The position numbers and the translations under genes were made by a program. A DNA stretch of 64,000 nucleotides. It comes from the human T2T-CHM13v2.0 reference genome, Homo sapiens. The stretch lies in assembly GCF_009914755.1 (NCBI RefSeq), contig NC_060927.1; one strand, given 5' to 3'. Shown piece by piece: positions 38,480 to 62,233 of the stretch. The stretch's first letter is position 1. Each line of letters starts with the position of its first letter. The notes beneath the pieces were generated by a model. The model ran no database searches. It was not told the origin of the DNA and saw only the letters and a list, made by a program, of their open reading frames with translations.

Positions 38480-39924
38480 CCTCCCCCTCCCCCTCCCCCT
38501 CTCCCTCTCCCTCTCTTTCCACGGTCTCCCTCTGATGCCGAGCCGAAGCTGGACTGTACTGCTGCCATCTCTGCTCACTGCAACCTCCCTGCCTGATTCT
38601 CCTCCCTCAGCCTGCCGAGTGCCTGCGATTGCAGGCACGCGCCGCCACGCCTGACCGGTTTTCGTATTTTTTTGGTGGAGACGGGGTTTCGCCTGTTGGC
38701 CGGGCTGGTCTCCAGCTCCTAACTGCGAGTGATCTGCCAGCCTAGGCCTCCTGAGGTGCCGGGATTGCAGATGGAGTCTCGTTCACTCAGTGCTCAATGT
38801 TGCCCAGGCTGGAGTGCAGTGGCGTGATCTCAGCTAGCTACAACCTCCACCTCCCAGCCGCCTGCCTTGGCCTCCCAAAGTGCCAAGATTGCAGCCTCTG
38901 CCCGGCCGCCACCCCGTCTGGGAAGTGAGGAGCGTCTCTGCCTGGCCGCCCATCGTCTGGGATGTGAGGAGCCCCTCTGCCCGGCAGCCGCCCCGTCTGG
39001 GAAGTGAGGAGCGTCTCCACCCGGCAGCCGCCCAGTCCGGGAGGTGGGGGGCAGCCCCCGCCCGGCCAGCCGCCCCGTCCGGGAGGGAGGTGGGGGGCAG
39101 CCCCCACCTGGCCAGCCGCCCCATCCGGGAGGGAGGTGGGGGGCAGCCCCCGCCCGGCCAGCCACCCCGTCCGGGAGGTGGGGGGCGCCTCCGCCCGGCC
39201 GCCACCCCGTCCGGGAGGTGGGGGGCACCTCTGCCCAGCCGCCCCTTCTGGGAAGTGAGGAGCCCCTCTGCCTGACCGCCACCCCGTCTGGGAGGTGTAC
39301 CCAACAGCTCACTGGGAACGGGCCATGATGAGGATGGCGGTTTTGTCGAGTAGAAAGGGGGGAAATGTGGGGAGAAGATGGAGAAATCAGATTGTTGCTG
39401 TGTCTGTGTGGAGAGAAGTGGGCATAGGAGACTCCATTTTGTTCTGTACTAAGAAAAATTCTTCTGCCTTGGGATGCTGTTGATCTATGACCTTACCCCC
39501 AACCCGGTGCTCTCTGAAACATGTGCTGTGTCCACTCAGGGTTAAATGGATTAAGGGCGGAGCAAGATGTGCTTTGTTAAACAGATGCTTGAAGGCAGCA
39601 TGCTCCTTAAGAGTCATCACCACTCCCTAATCTCAAGTACCCAGGGACACAAACACTGCGGAAGGCCGCAGGGTCCTCTGCCTAGGAAAACCAGAGACCT
39701 TTGTTCACTTGTTTATCTGCTGACCTTCCCTCCACTATTGTCCTATGACCCTGCCAAATCCCCTTCTGCGAGAAACACCCAAGAATGATCAATAAAAAAA
39801 AAAAAAAAAAAAAAAACATCACTATGTACCCCATGACTATGTACAATTGTTATCTGTCAATTAAAAATAAAATAATGTTTAAAAAATAAAAAAATTTAAA
39901 AAATTAAAAATAAATTAAAAAAAA
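38480..39924 (+). mobile_element. SVA retrotransposon (older SVA_B/C-type, short VNTR) with a 3' transduced segment
   Basis: Hexamers, Alu-like region, ~0.4 kb VNTR, SINE-R, AATAAA 39791-39796, A-tail to 39816, extra 39817-39924; TSD GAAAATGAACA at 38469-38479 and 39925-39935; older diagnostics CTCAATGTTGCC, GAGACTCCATTTTG, GGGATGCTGTTG. Confidence 0.92.
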
Positions 39925-39939
39925 GAAAATGAACAATGT

Positions 39940-40240
39940 GGCTGGGCGTGGTGGTTCACGCCTGTAATCCCAGCACTTTGGGAGGCTGAGGCGGGCAGAT
40001 CACCTGAGGTTGGGAGTTCGAGACCAGCCTGACCAACATGAAGAAACCCCATCTCTACTAAAAATACAAAAAATTAGCCAGGCGTGGTGGCACATGCCTG
40101 TAATCCCAGCTACTCGGGAGGCTGAGGAAGGAGAATCACTTGAACCTGGGAGGCGGGAGGTTGTTGTGAGCCAAGATCGTGCCATTGCACTCCAGCCTAG
40201 GCAACAAGAGTGAAACTCTGTCTCAAAAAAAAAAAAAAGA
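39940..40240 (+). mobile_element. Alu (AluSp/Sq-like)
   Basis: Dimer; TSD GAAAATGAACAA. Confidence 0.93.
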
Positions 40241-40591
40241 AAGAAAATGAACAACCCCATTTTAAAAATAGGCAAAAGATCTGAACAGACACTTCACCAA
40301 CGATATACGAATGGCAAATAAGCATATGAACGAAAAGATGTTCAATAACATATGTCATCAGAGAATTGCCAATTAAGACAACAATAATTCTGACAACCGT
40401 GGTTAAAAGAAATTATTAATAAGAAAAAAAGACTTCAAATTCATTAAAAAAAAAAAAGACAACAATGAGATGCCACCGTGTCCGTATCAGAATGGCCAAA
40501 ATCCAAAGCACAACACCAAGTGCTGACAAGGATGTCAAACAATAGGAAATCTCATTCATTGCTAGTGGAAATGCAAAATGGTACAGCCAGC

Positions 40592-40720
40592 AAGGTGAGC
40601 TGGAATCACCTATAGTCCCAGCTACTCAGGACGCTAAGCCAAGAGGATTGCTTGAGCCCAGGAGATGAGTCTAGCCTGAACAACATAGCGAGACCTGTGT
40701 CTTAAAAAAAAAAAAAAAAA
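40592..40720 (+). mobile_element. FLAM monomer
   Basis: Diverged monomer plus A-tail. Confidence 0.75.
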
Positions 40721-41215
40721 GTTATACCCAGTTTGGGAGGTTCTTACAATACTAAACATACTCTCTCACCACACAATCCAGCAATTGCACTCCTTGATAT
40801 TTACCCAAAGATGAAAACTCATGTCAACACAAAAACCTACATGTGGACATTTATAGTAGCTTTATTCACAATTGCCAAAACTTGGAACCAACTAGGATGC
40901 CTTTAATAGGTGAATGGATAAGCAAATTGTAGTGTACCCAGACAATGGAATACTATTCAGCAATAAAAAGAAATGAGCCATCAAGCCACAAAAAGACATT
41001 GAGAAACCTCAAATGCATATTGCTAGGTGAAAAAAAAGCCAATCTGAAAGGCTATATACTGTATAATTCTAACTATACGACATTGTGAAAAAGGCAAAAC
41101 TATGAAGACAGAAAGATATTAGTGGTTACAGTAGTTAAGGGGAAGAAGTAGGGATAAATAGGTGGAGTACAGGGGATTTTTAGGGCAGTGAAACTATTCC
41201 ATATACATATTATTA

Positions 41216-41929
41216 TGAAACCATCTTTGCAAAAATTATAACTGAGACAATTATTACAGTGAAAGAGATCTGATCTAACCAACTCCATCCTGCTTCTAAC
41301 CTCCCAGCTGTCCTTGTTCATTCCTAGACTTAGCCCAAACTAACTTTGTTTGGGAGGAACTTAGTTTACAGTTTAGGTTAGTTTTCCCAGAACAAACCCC
41401 CTTCCTGGCTGGGGACTAGACTGCCTTTGCAGGACTAACAAATTCTAACAAGATTAGAAATCATGGTTTAGGAGTCATGCAGCTAGAGGCTGCAAGATTC
41501 TAAACCTCCCTAAATTACTCCTGGGGATAACATCATTATTGTAAAACCCAAGATCGTGTTTGAGATATTTTGCAGACCCTATATTCAATGGATTAGCTGG
41601 CACCACCCAGACTGATATAAACTGGCCTATCTTGTCTTGTGGCCCCCACCCAGGAACTGACTCAGCACAAGAGGACAGCTTCAACTACCTATGATTTCAT
41701 CTCCAACCCAATCAATCAGAACTCCTGACTCACTGGTCCCCTACCCACAAAATTATCCTTTAAAACTCCAATTCACAAATTCTCGGACAGACTGATTTAA
41801 GTAATAATAAAACTCTGGTCTCCCACACAGTCAGTTCTGCTTGAATTACTCTTTCTCTACTGTAATTCCCATCTTGATAAATAGGTTCTGTTGAGCCAGC
41901 GGGCAAGGTGACCCCGTTGGGTGGTTACA
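41216..41929 (+). mobile_element. LTR8-family ERV1 solo LTR
   Basis: TGAAACCATCTTTGCAAAATTATAACTGAG...GGGCAAGGTGACCCCGTTGGGTGGTTACA; TG...CA ends; 4-bp TSD ATTA. Confidence 0.88.
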
Positions 41930-41935
41930 ATTAGA

Positions 41936-42244
41936 CAGTCATGCATCACTTAACAATGGGAATACATTCTAAGAAATGTGTTAGGTGACTTCATCATTGT
42001 GCAACTGTCATAGAGTGTACTAAACAAACCTAGATGGTACAGCCTGCTACACATCTAGGCTATATGGTATAATCTGTTGCTCCTAGGCTACAAACCTGTA
42101 CAGCATGTAACTACTGAATACTGCAGGCAGTTGTAACACAATGGTAAGCATCTGTGTATCTAAACATATCTAAAAACAGAAAAACTAAGGTGTTATGCCA
42201 AGCATTACATCACTAGGCAATGAAAAATTTTCAGCTCCACTATA
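41936..42244 (+). mobile_element. Tigger3 (MER7) fragment
   Basis: CAGTCATGCATCACTTAACAATGGGAATACATTCT...GCTCCTAGGCTACAAACCTGTACAGCATG. Confidence 0.88.
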
Positions 42245-42249
42245 TAGAA

Positions 42250-42443
<194 letters not shown>

Positions 42444-42577
42444 GTCTATTAATTTTAAAAAAGAACCTCTGCACAATGGAATGATCTTCATTCTTTATAT
42501 ACTACTGTACCACCTCATAACCATGACTAACATTACTAATACCACTCACATCTCAAACATAGCAATCTAACTCCTTA

Positions 42578-42725
42578 CAACTTAAAGTGTCATCTGTAGA
42601 CCAACAGGATTAGCATCACCTTATAGATCAGAAATGCAAAATCTTGGGTCCCACACTAAACCTTCAGAATCAGAATCTGCCTTATAAAAAGATCATGTGA
42701 TTTGTATGCACACTAAAATCTATGA
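42578..42725. mobile_element. MER5A
   Basis: AGCATCACCT...AGAAATGCAAAATCTTGGGTCCCAC...AGAATCAGAATCTGC. Confidence 0.75.
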
Positions 42726-43135
42726 AGGCCTAATCCAAAGCTTTCAATTCAAAGGCCACACAAGGCAAGGGGGACAGAAATCAAGGCCCTGGGCCCTCCC
42801 AAAGTTAAGCCTTATAAGACACCCCACCATATACCTCTCCAATCTAAACCAAGCCCCAAATTTTTCACTATCCCTAGCGGACTATATAGAAGCCTGCCTT
42901 GGTGTTGAGCAAATCAAAAGAATAAAAAATTCCTGAGAAATCATAGCCACGAGGAATCCCTGTATGCACTGGCATCTTAGTTTCTTATAATCTGGATAAG
43001 CCAATGACTGTCAAGTCATGCAGTTTGAGGAAATAAAAAACTAGTGATGCCACAGAGTACCTGACAGATATTAACACCAAGGCTAACTTCTCAAGCAACA
43101 ATGTAAGCCAGAAGATAATGGAATGATAAGTTCAA

Positions 43136-43275
43136 GGCTGGACAGGGTGGCTCACACCTGTAATTCCAGCACTTTGGAAGGCTGAGGTGGGAGGATTGCT
43201 TGAGTCCAGGAGTTTGAGACAAGCATGGGCAACATAGTAAGACCCCATCTCTACAAAAACAACAAAAAAAGAAAC
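43136..43275 (+). mobile_element. FLAM/Alu left monomer
   Basis: Single monomer. Confidence 0.85.
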
Positions 43276-43727
43276 GATAAATTCAATAAACTGAAAGAAA
43301 ATAAAATGCAATACTAATAAACATACAAACAAACATACAATACTATGCCCCCCAAAAAAGTAGTTTTCAAGGATGAAAGAAAATATATACCTATATAGTA
43401 TATCCGTAGAAGTTTTCTGGGGACAGGGTCTTTGCTGTTGGTTAGATTCTCAAGGGGATATATACTCATGAAATTAAGAACCATTTATTTACAAAAACAT
43501 TAAAGGTCATTCAACTTAACTTCCTCCCCAGTATCTCTAAATACCCTGGCTCTGTTTTAACATAAGTTAAACTCAGTATCTTACTTTAACATGAGGAAAC
43601 TCACTATCTTATAAGAAAGTTACATTCCATTTTTCTCTTTAACTTCTACTTGATGGTCCTTGTTCTTTTGTCAAAGCAACAAAATACTAAATCTAATGCC
43701 TATTCCACTTGCCAGATCTTTGATATA

Positions 43728-44064
<337 letters not shown>

Positions 44065-44119
44065 TATTTGAAAATAGCTGTCCCCACCTCTTTATTCTCT
44101 AAATGAAACATCTCTAATT

Positions 44120-44120
<1 letters not shown>

Positions 44121-44157
<37 letters not shown>

Positions 44158-44437
44158 AGACGGAGTCTCGCTCTGTCGCCCAGGCTGGAGAGCAGTGGTA
44201 CGATCTCGGCTCACTGCAAGCTCCGCCTCCCAGGTTCACACCATTCTCCTGCCTCAGCCTCCTGAGCAGCTGGGACCACAAGCGCCCATCACCACGCCCG
44301 GCTAATTTTTTGTATTTTCAGTAGAGATGGGGTTTCACCATGCTAGCCAGGATGGTCTCGATCTTCTGACCTGGTAATCCGCCCACCTTAGCCTCCCAAA
44401 GTGCTGAGATCACAAGCGTGAGCCACCGCGCCCAGCC
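44121..44437 (-). mobile_element. AluY with long pure T-tract
   Basis: Y diagnostics; TSD TCTAATTCCTT. Confidence 0.93.
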
Positions 44438-44644
44438 TCTAATTCCTTAAATAATGTCTCAAATCATTTTAATTACTCCATCACCAGACAGACTGTTTTC
44501 TCCTGGAAAGACTCTATCCATGCTCCGAAAATGTGCCTCTTAAAACTGAACACTCTCATTTTACAGTAGAGGGGAAAAAAAAACCTCAACACAATACTAA
44601 AGGTCTGGAATATTATGTTCCCCTGTATTTTCATTTATATTTTT

Positions 44645-45582
<938 letters not shown>

Positions 45583-45690
45583 GAATATTTAAGTAATAAA
45601 CATCCAGCTCTACTAATTAAAAACTAATGAAAATTAACTGAATCCTTGGCTGTGAGTCAATTCAACAAAGCACCATGATCTCCTTAAGGC

Positions 45691-46119
<429 letters not shown>

Positions 46120-46639
46120 CTAAGACATTCATTTAAATCCACTTAGTCATTCATACCTATGCACAATATGTATAGCATTTACAGTGTGTATCATGACACT
46201 TTTAATAATAAAGTCAGTGTTTTAAAGTCAGTGTGTATTGTTTCTTCTATTTTACTTTTTAAAAAATCACCTACAGCACTTACCACAGTGTATGCACCTA
46301 GAAGGTATATAAATATCCGTGGTATTAAATTGAACACAGTAGAAAGAATGCTAGAGATTAAAGTTCAAATTCTGACTCAGCTACAACTTAGTAAATGACC
46401 TTAGGAGAAGGCAGAATTATTCTGGGACTCAAAGTGGTTCCAGTAAGTCCATGAGTTTCATATTTCACAGCCAATTTGCCATCTATATAACCCAATGAAA
46501 CTTACAGGGAATGTAATTTCCATTGAAAACATCAATGCTTCACCAATTCCATATACACAAAAATTATTTTCTGATTTGTATCACTAGACAGTGTCTTACT
46601 AGCATTCTGAAGGTCACCCATCCCAGTCACGAAGCCCTT

Positions 46640-46780
46640 AATTCTCACAACCTTGATTTTATAAATAAGGAAACAGATAGACTGATCTGCCCCAGACCTC
46701 ACAGTTATTATGTGGTACAGATGAAACCTGAACCTTGGTCTTTTGACACTCAGTCCAGTGCTATTACTGCCATACTATAG
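46640..46780 (-). mobile_element. MIR fragment
   Basis: TTTTATAAATAAGGAAACAGA...TGAACCTTGGTCTTTTGACACTCAGTCCAGTGCT. Confidence 0.65.
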
Positions 46781-47279
46781 TTGCCTGTCACTGATAATTG
46801 CAAAGTTTGTTAATTTGGGCAAGTCTACCTTAGACTTTTAGACAACACACTGTTGAAAGGCACCCCACCTCTGGCTGATGAAATAGGCTGACTGGTTTGC
46901 CTCTGAAGCATCTCAGCAAGTCTCAGCTATACTGAGCACACAAAGTTATTCAGAATATCTTTCAAACATTTTTTTGTCCCTATTATTGTTATCTTATTTT
47001 AGCTTGATAAAGAACAACTGTCTGGGTAGCCACTGACACTCTTAAAATATACTCAGCCCAAGAGAACTTGCTAAAATGGAACATACTAAATTGGTTGAGT
47101 ACTAAAGCAACTGGCTATATCAGAGAACCTCATTATCGGTGACCCAAACTTACCTTTAATTATCAGATATATGACCATGCAATACTGATGTTATTGTTTT
47201 AAGAAAATCAGATGTGATTAAAAGTGTGAGATTATCCCTTTTTTTAACCTATTAAACTAGCAATATTAGTGAAAAAAAA

Positions 47280-47626
47280 TTTTTTTTCTGAGACAGGGTC
47301 TCACTCCATTACCCAGGCTAGAATGTAGTGGCACGATCATAGCTCACTGTAACCTCAAACTCCTGGGCTCAAGTAAGCCTCCTGCCTTAGCCTGCTGAGT
47401 AGCTGGGACTACAGACACCACCATGGCTAGATAATTTTTTTTAACTTTTTTTTTTTCAGAGATGGGGTCTTGCTATGTTGGCCAGGATAGTCTCTTTTTT
47501 CTTTTTTTTTCTCCCTCCTCAGGTGCTACTTAACCAGGCTTGTTTTGAACTCCTGGCCTCAAGTGATCCTCCCACCTCAGCCTCCCAAAGTGCTGGGATT
47601 ACAAGTGTGAGCCACCATGCCCAACC
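47280..47626 (-). mobile_element. AluJ with a ~40-bp internal insertion
   Basis: Antisense dimer. Confidence 0.88.
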
Positions 47627-47630
47627 ACGG

Positions 47631-47964
47631 TTTCTTTTTATCCTTCTTCTTCTTCACAGAGACCTCTTCTTCTACCACTACTACTTTTCCTTCTTCTCCA
47701 TCTTCTTCAATTTTAATTTTACTCTTGGCCTTTTTTGCTTTCTTTGTGGTAATTTCATCTTCTTTATCTGTTCTGAGTTTTTTTTAATTTTTTACTTTTT
47801 GTACAAATGGGGTCTCACTATGCTGCTTAGGCTGGTCTTGAACTCCTGGCCTCAAGCAATCCTCCCATCCTTGGTATCCGAAGTGCTGGGATTCCAGGTG
47901 TAAACCACTGTACCTGGCCCTATTTTGTGTTTTTGTAGAACAGGTTGGAAGTGTGGACCCACCA
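47631..47964 (-). pseudogene. NOP58: Retroposed fragment of the NOP58 C-terminal coding region, split by a FLAM (47775-47919)
   Basis: Minus strand reads GGSTLPTCS then frameshift, FLAM, then [46 protein letters not shown]; recalled NOP58 is GDSTLPTCSKKRKIEQVDKEDEITEKKAKKAKIKVKVEEEEEEKVAEEEETSVKKKKK. Symbol refers to the parent gene. Confidence 0.85.
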
Positions 47965-48016
47965 ATACATTCTTTTAAAAAAATTTTTAGTATTTTCTTA
48001 TTAAAAGGGAACTGTG

Positions 48017-50515
<2,499 letters not shown>

Positions 50516-50548
50516 CATAATTTTAAAACAATATGGAAATCCAAAGGA

Positions 50549-50549
<1 letters not shown>

Positions 50550-50602
<53 letters not shown>
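50550..50602. repeat. (CA)n microsatellite
   Basis: Pure CA run. Confidence 0.97.
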
Positions 50603-50605
<3 letters not shown>

Positions 50606-50614
50606 TTAGCATTA

Positions 50615-50974
<360 letters not shown>

Positions 50975-51109
50975 TTATTTCTCTATACCAGCAATCAACA
51001 ACACAAAATGAAATAAGAAAATAATTCCATTTTCAATAGCATCAAAAGGAATAAAATACTAAGGAATAAATTTAAAGTAAAAGACTTGTACACTAAAAAC
51101 TACAAAATA

Positions 51110-51768
51110 GCTGGAGAGGATGTGGAGAAATAGGAACTCTTTTACACTGTTGGTGGGACTGTAAAACTAGTTCAACCATTGTGGACTACAGTGTGGCGAT
51201 TCCTCAAGGATCTAGAACTAGAAATACCATTTGACCCAGCGATCCCATTACTGGGCATATACCCAAAAGATTATAAATCATGTGTCTTTTAAAGACACAT
51301 GCACATGTATGTTTACTGCGGCACTATTCACAATAGCAAAGACTTGGAACCAACCCAAATGTCCATCAATGATAGACTGGACTAAGAAAATGTGGCACAT
51401 ATACACCATGGAACACTATGCAGCCATAAAAAAGGATGAGTTCATGTCCTTTGTAGGGACATGGATGAAGCTGGAAACCATCATTCTGAGCAAACTATCA
51501 CAAGGACAGAAAACCAAACACCGCATGTTCTCACTCATAGGTGGGAATTGAACAATGAGAACACCTGGACACAGGGTGGGGAACGTCACACACTAGGGCC
51601 TGTCATGGGGTGGGGGGAGGGGGGAGGGAAAGCATTAGGAGTTATACCTAATGTAAATGATGAGTTAATGGGTGCAGCACACCAACATGGCACATGTATA
51701 CATATGTAACAAACCTGCACATTGTGCCCATGTACCCTAGAACTTGTAAGTATAATAATAAAAGAAAA
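51110..51768 (+). mobile_element. 5'-truncated primate L1 (L1PA5-like) 3' end
   Basis: ORF2 C-terminus (MFTAALFTIAKTWNQPKCPSMIDW), G-rich 3' UTR, A-tail; 15-bp TSD AAAAACTACAAAATA at 51095-51109 and 51769-51783. Confidence 0.92.
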
Positions 51769-51807
51769 AAAAACTACAAAATACATTATATATATATATA
51801 CACACAC

Positions 51808-51972
51808 TTTTTTTTTTTTTTTTTTTTTTGAGACAGAGGCTCACTCTGTTGCCCATGCTGGATTGCAATGGCAGGATCACAGATCGACGTCCTGGGCTGA
51901 AGGGATCCTCCCACCTTATCCTCACCCTGATGAGTAGCTAGGATTACAGGGGCAAGCCACCACATCCAGCTA

Positions 51973-52023
<51 letters not shown>

Positions 52024-52127
52024 TATGTCGGCCAGACTGGTCTCGAACTCCTGGGCTCAAGCAATCTTCTCACCTCAGCCTCCCAAAGTGCTGGGATTAC
52101 AGGTGTCAGCCACCACCACACTCAGCT
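51808..52127 (-). mobile_element. AluJ with (TG)n in the linker (51975-52022)
   Basis: Antisense dimer. Confidence 0.9.
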
Positions 52128-52538
52128 TAAAAAATATTCTTGAAAGAAATTAAAGACATAAACAAATGGAAAGGCATCCCACGTTCATGAAGTGGAAGAT
52201 CTGACATTGTTAAGATGGCAGCACTCTCTAAATTGATCTACAGATTTAAGGCATTCCCTATCAAAATTCCAACTGCCTTTTCTGCAAAAGTTGCCAAGTT
52301 AATCCTAAAGCTCAAATGGAAATGCCAAGGATCCAGAATAGCCAAAACAATCTTCAAAAAAACAAAATTAGAAAACTCACACTTCCTAATTTCAAAACAT
52401 ATTACAAAAGTACATTAATCAAGACAGCATATTTATGCAGATAGTAGCAGATAGTAGTACCACAGGGTGAAAATACAAGAAAGCAAGCATGATGGTACTG
52501 GCATAGACGTACACCAATGCAATAGAATTGAAAGTCCA

Positions 52539-54934
<2,396 letters not shown>

Positions 54935-55443
54935 GATAAATAATTTTTTAAAAGGTTAAACATAATTAACACATAACCAAGCAATTCTCCTTCTAGGTAT
55001 TTAGACAAAAATAAATGTCCATATAAAAGCATATCAATCTTCACAGAGCATTATTCATAATAGCTAAAAAATGCAACCCAAATGTTCATCAATGGATGAA
55101 TGCATAAACAAAATGCATTATATCCATGTAATGTAATATTATTCAGCCATAAAAATGAATGAAATGATACATGCTACAACATGGATGAACCTAAAAGCAT
55201 TATGCTAAATGAAAGAAGCCAAACACAGAAAGGCCATTTATTGTATGATTCCATTAATATGGAATGTCCAGAACAGACAGGAAGATGATTAGTGGTTGCC
55301 AGAGGCTGGGTGAATGAAGGGAATGGAAGAGACTGCTAACGGGTATGAGGTTTCTTTTGGGGGTAATGAAAATGTTCTGGACTTAGATAATGGTGGTAGT
55401 TGCACAACATTGTGAATACACCAAAAACCACTGAATTCTATGA

Positions 55444-55774
<331 letters not shown>

Positions 55775-56146
55775 TGAGTTTTACGATATGTGAATTATGT
55801 ATCAACTTTTTTAAATGTGGAATGACATATGCCCAAAGATATACATTGGGGAAAACATCAAAGAGTAGGGTAGAAAGGGGCCGTGAATGACCTTCTAAAG
55901 GTGAAACTTGAGCTGATATGTAGAGAACTAAGCCTGTAAATCTGCCTTATCCCCCACTTTCTCTGCTCCCAATCCTTCCTAAACTGAGAAATCACTTGTC
56001 ACCCAAAGCAACACACTCACTACCCAAATTCAAATTATTTCAATAAAAATATGTTCTTCCCATAAGAAAATGACTGAGAGCTCTCCAGAGTCCTACTAGT
56101 GGATTTCTATTCCTAAAAGAGAAAGTGGGCTAACCCAAGTGAATTA

Positions 56147-56641
56147 TATGCTGAGCATCCCAAATCCAAAAATCTCAATCCTGGGCTGGGTGTAGTGGCT
56201 CATGCATGAAATCCTCAGCATGTTAGGAGGCTGAGGTGAAAAGATCACTTGAGCCTAGGAGTTTGAGACCAGCCTGGGCAACATGGTGAAACGCTGTCTC
56301 TACAAACAATACAAAAATTGGCTGGGCATGGTGGCACGTGCCTATAATTCCAGCTACTCAAGAGGCTGAGGCAGGAGGATCACCTGAGCCCAGAAGTTCA
56401 AGGCTGAAGTGAGCTGTGATTATGCCACTAAACTCTGGCAACAGAGCGAGACCCTGTCTCAAAAAACACACAAAAATCCGAAATCTGAAATGCTCCAAAA
56501 TCTAATACTTTTTGATGTCAAAGGAAATGCTCACTAGAGAGCATTTTGGAATATCTGTATACTACAGATATTCCAAAATCCAAAAAATCCAAAATATGAA
56601 CAATTCTGGTCTCATATTTCAAATAATGGATACTCAACCTA
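56147..56641. mobile_element. Tigger4a (MER46A) with inserted AluJ (+, 56183-56475)
   Basis: CTGAGCATCCCAAATCC...AAAATCCGAAATCTGAAATGCTCCAAAAT...GGATACTCAACCT. Confidence 0.85.
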
Positions 56642-56667
56642 TATCTGATTAAGAATTTCAAGGCTGG

Positions 56668-57388
<721 letters not shown>

Positions 57389-57799
57389 TCATTGAATAGG
57401 TGCAAAGTTGAGATTAGAGCTACAGGGAATAACTGTAGACAGAAAAATTAGGACCACTGAAGAGAAACTGCAGGGAGGCAGATCTACAATCATTATCCGG
57501 AAAATCTTTCTAAAATGACAAATCTGCAAACCTGGAATTGGTAGCAACCAGCTGTGAAGTACTTATCTTGGGAAATACCTGCATAGAGAACTGGAGGAAT
57601 CACCTATTATGTGAAACATTTGTCTAGATTATCTCTAAATCTCTTCTATGATTCTACGAGGAGGAAGAAGTCCAGAAAAAGAATTGTTTTTGCTCTCAAT
57701 ACTGCTGAAAGTATTTTTTTTAAAAAAGCTAAATACCAGGAACTTCTTTAATTAAAAGGAACAATCCCATCAAGAAGACAAAGGTTGATTTGTTAGTCA

Positions 57800-58628
<829 letters not shown>

Positions 58629-58894
58629 AAATCTTCAATTCTAGATACAATCACTCACTTCCTGTTTGGCCAAGGGTAAATGATTTCATCTCTCTACCTG
58701 AGCTGAAAAACAGTAATTTAAAATACCAATATTATAGGAGTATAATTTAAATTAGTTAACAACTGCAAAATGCTTTGGAAATTTACTTTATATGACAATT
58801 AAGACTATTTTTTACTTCATATATATATTAGAGTTGAAAAAATTAGCATGTATTATTCATTAAATCAGCCAAATTTCTCACTTTCAGAGAAAGA

Positions 58895-60615
<1,721 letters not shown>

Positions 60616-60642
60616 AGGAGTTTTAAACTATTTTCCATATAA

Positions 60643-62233
<1,591 letters not shown>

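Noticed and set aside
38830-39788. ORFs of 130-160 aa in the second SVA
   Set aside because: Same SVA VNTR artefact.
46874-46937. TGATGA...CTGA pattern resembling a C/D-box snoRNA
   Set aside because: C box lacks the leading purine, the terminal stem is weak, no guide is recognisable, and it is opposite to the inferred host strand.
47475-47903. 142-aa hydrophobic plus-strand ORF
   Set aside because: Antisense read of the NOP58 fragment plus Alu sequence.
51231-51551. 106-aa ORF resembling a real protein
   Set aside because: C-terminal remnant of L1 ORF2 in a 5'-truncated element.
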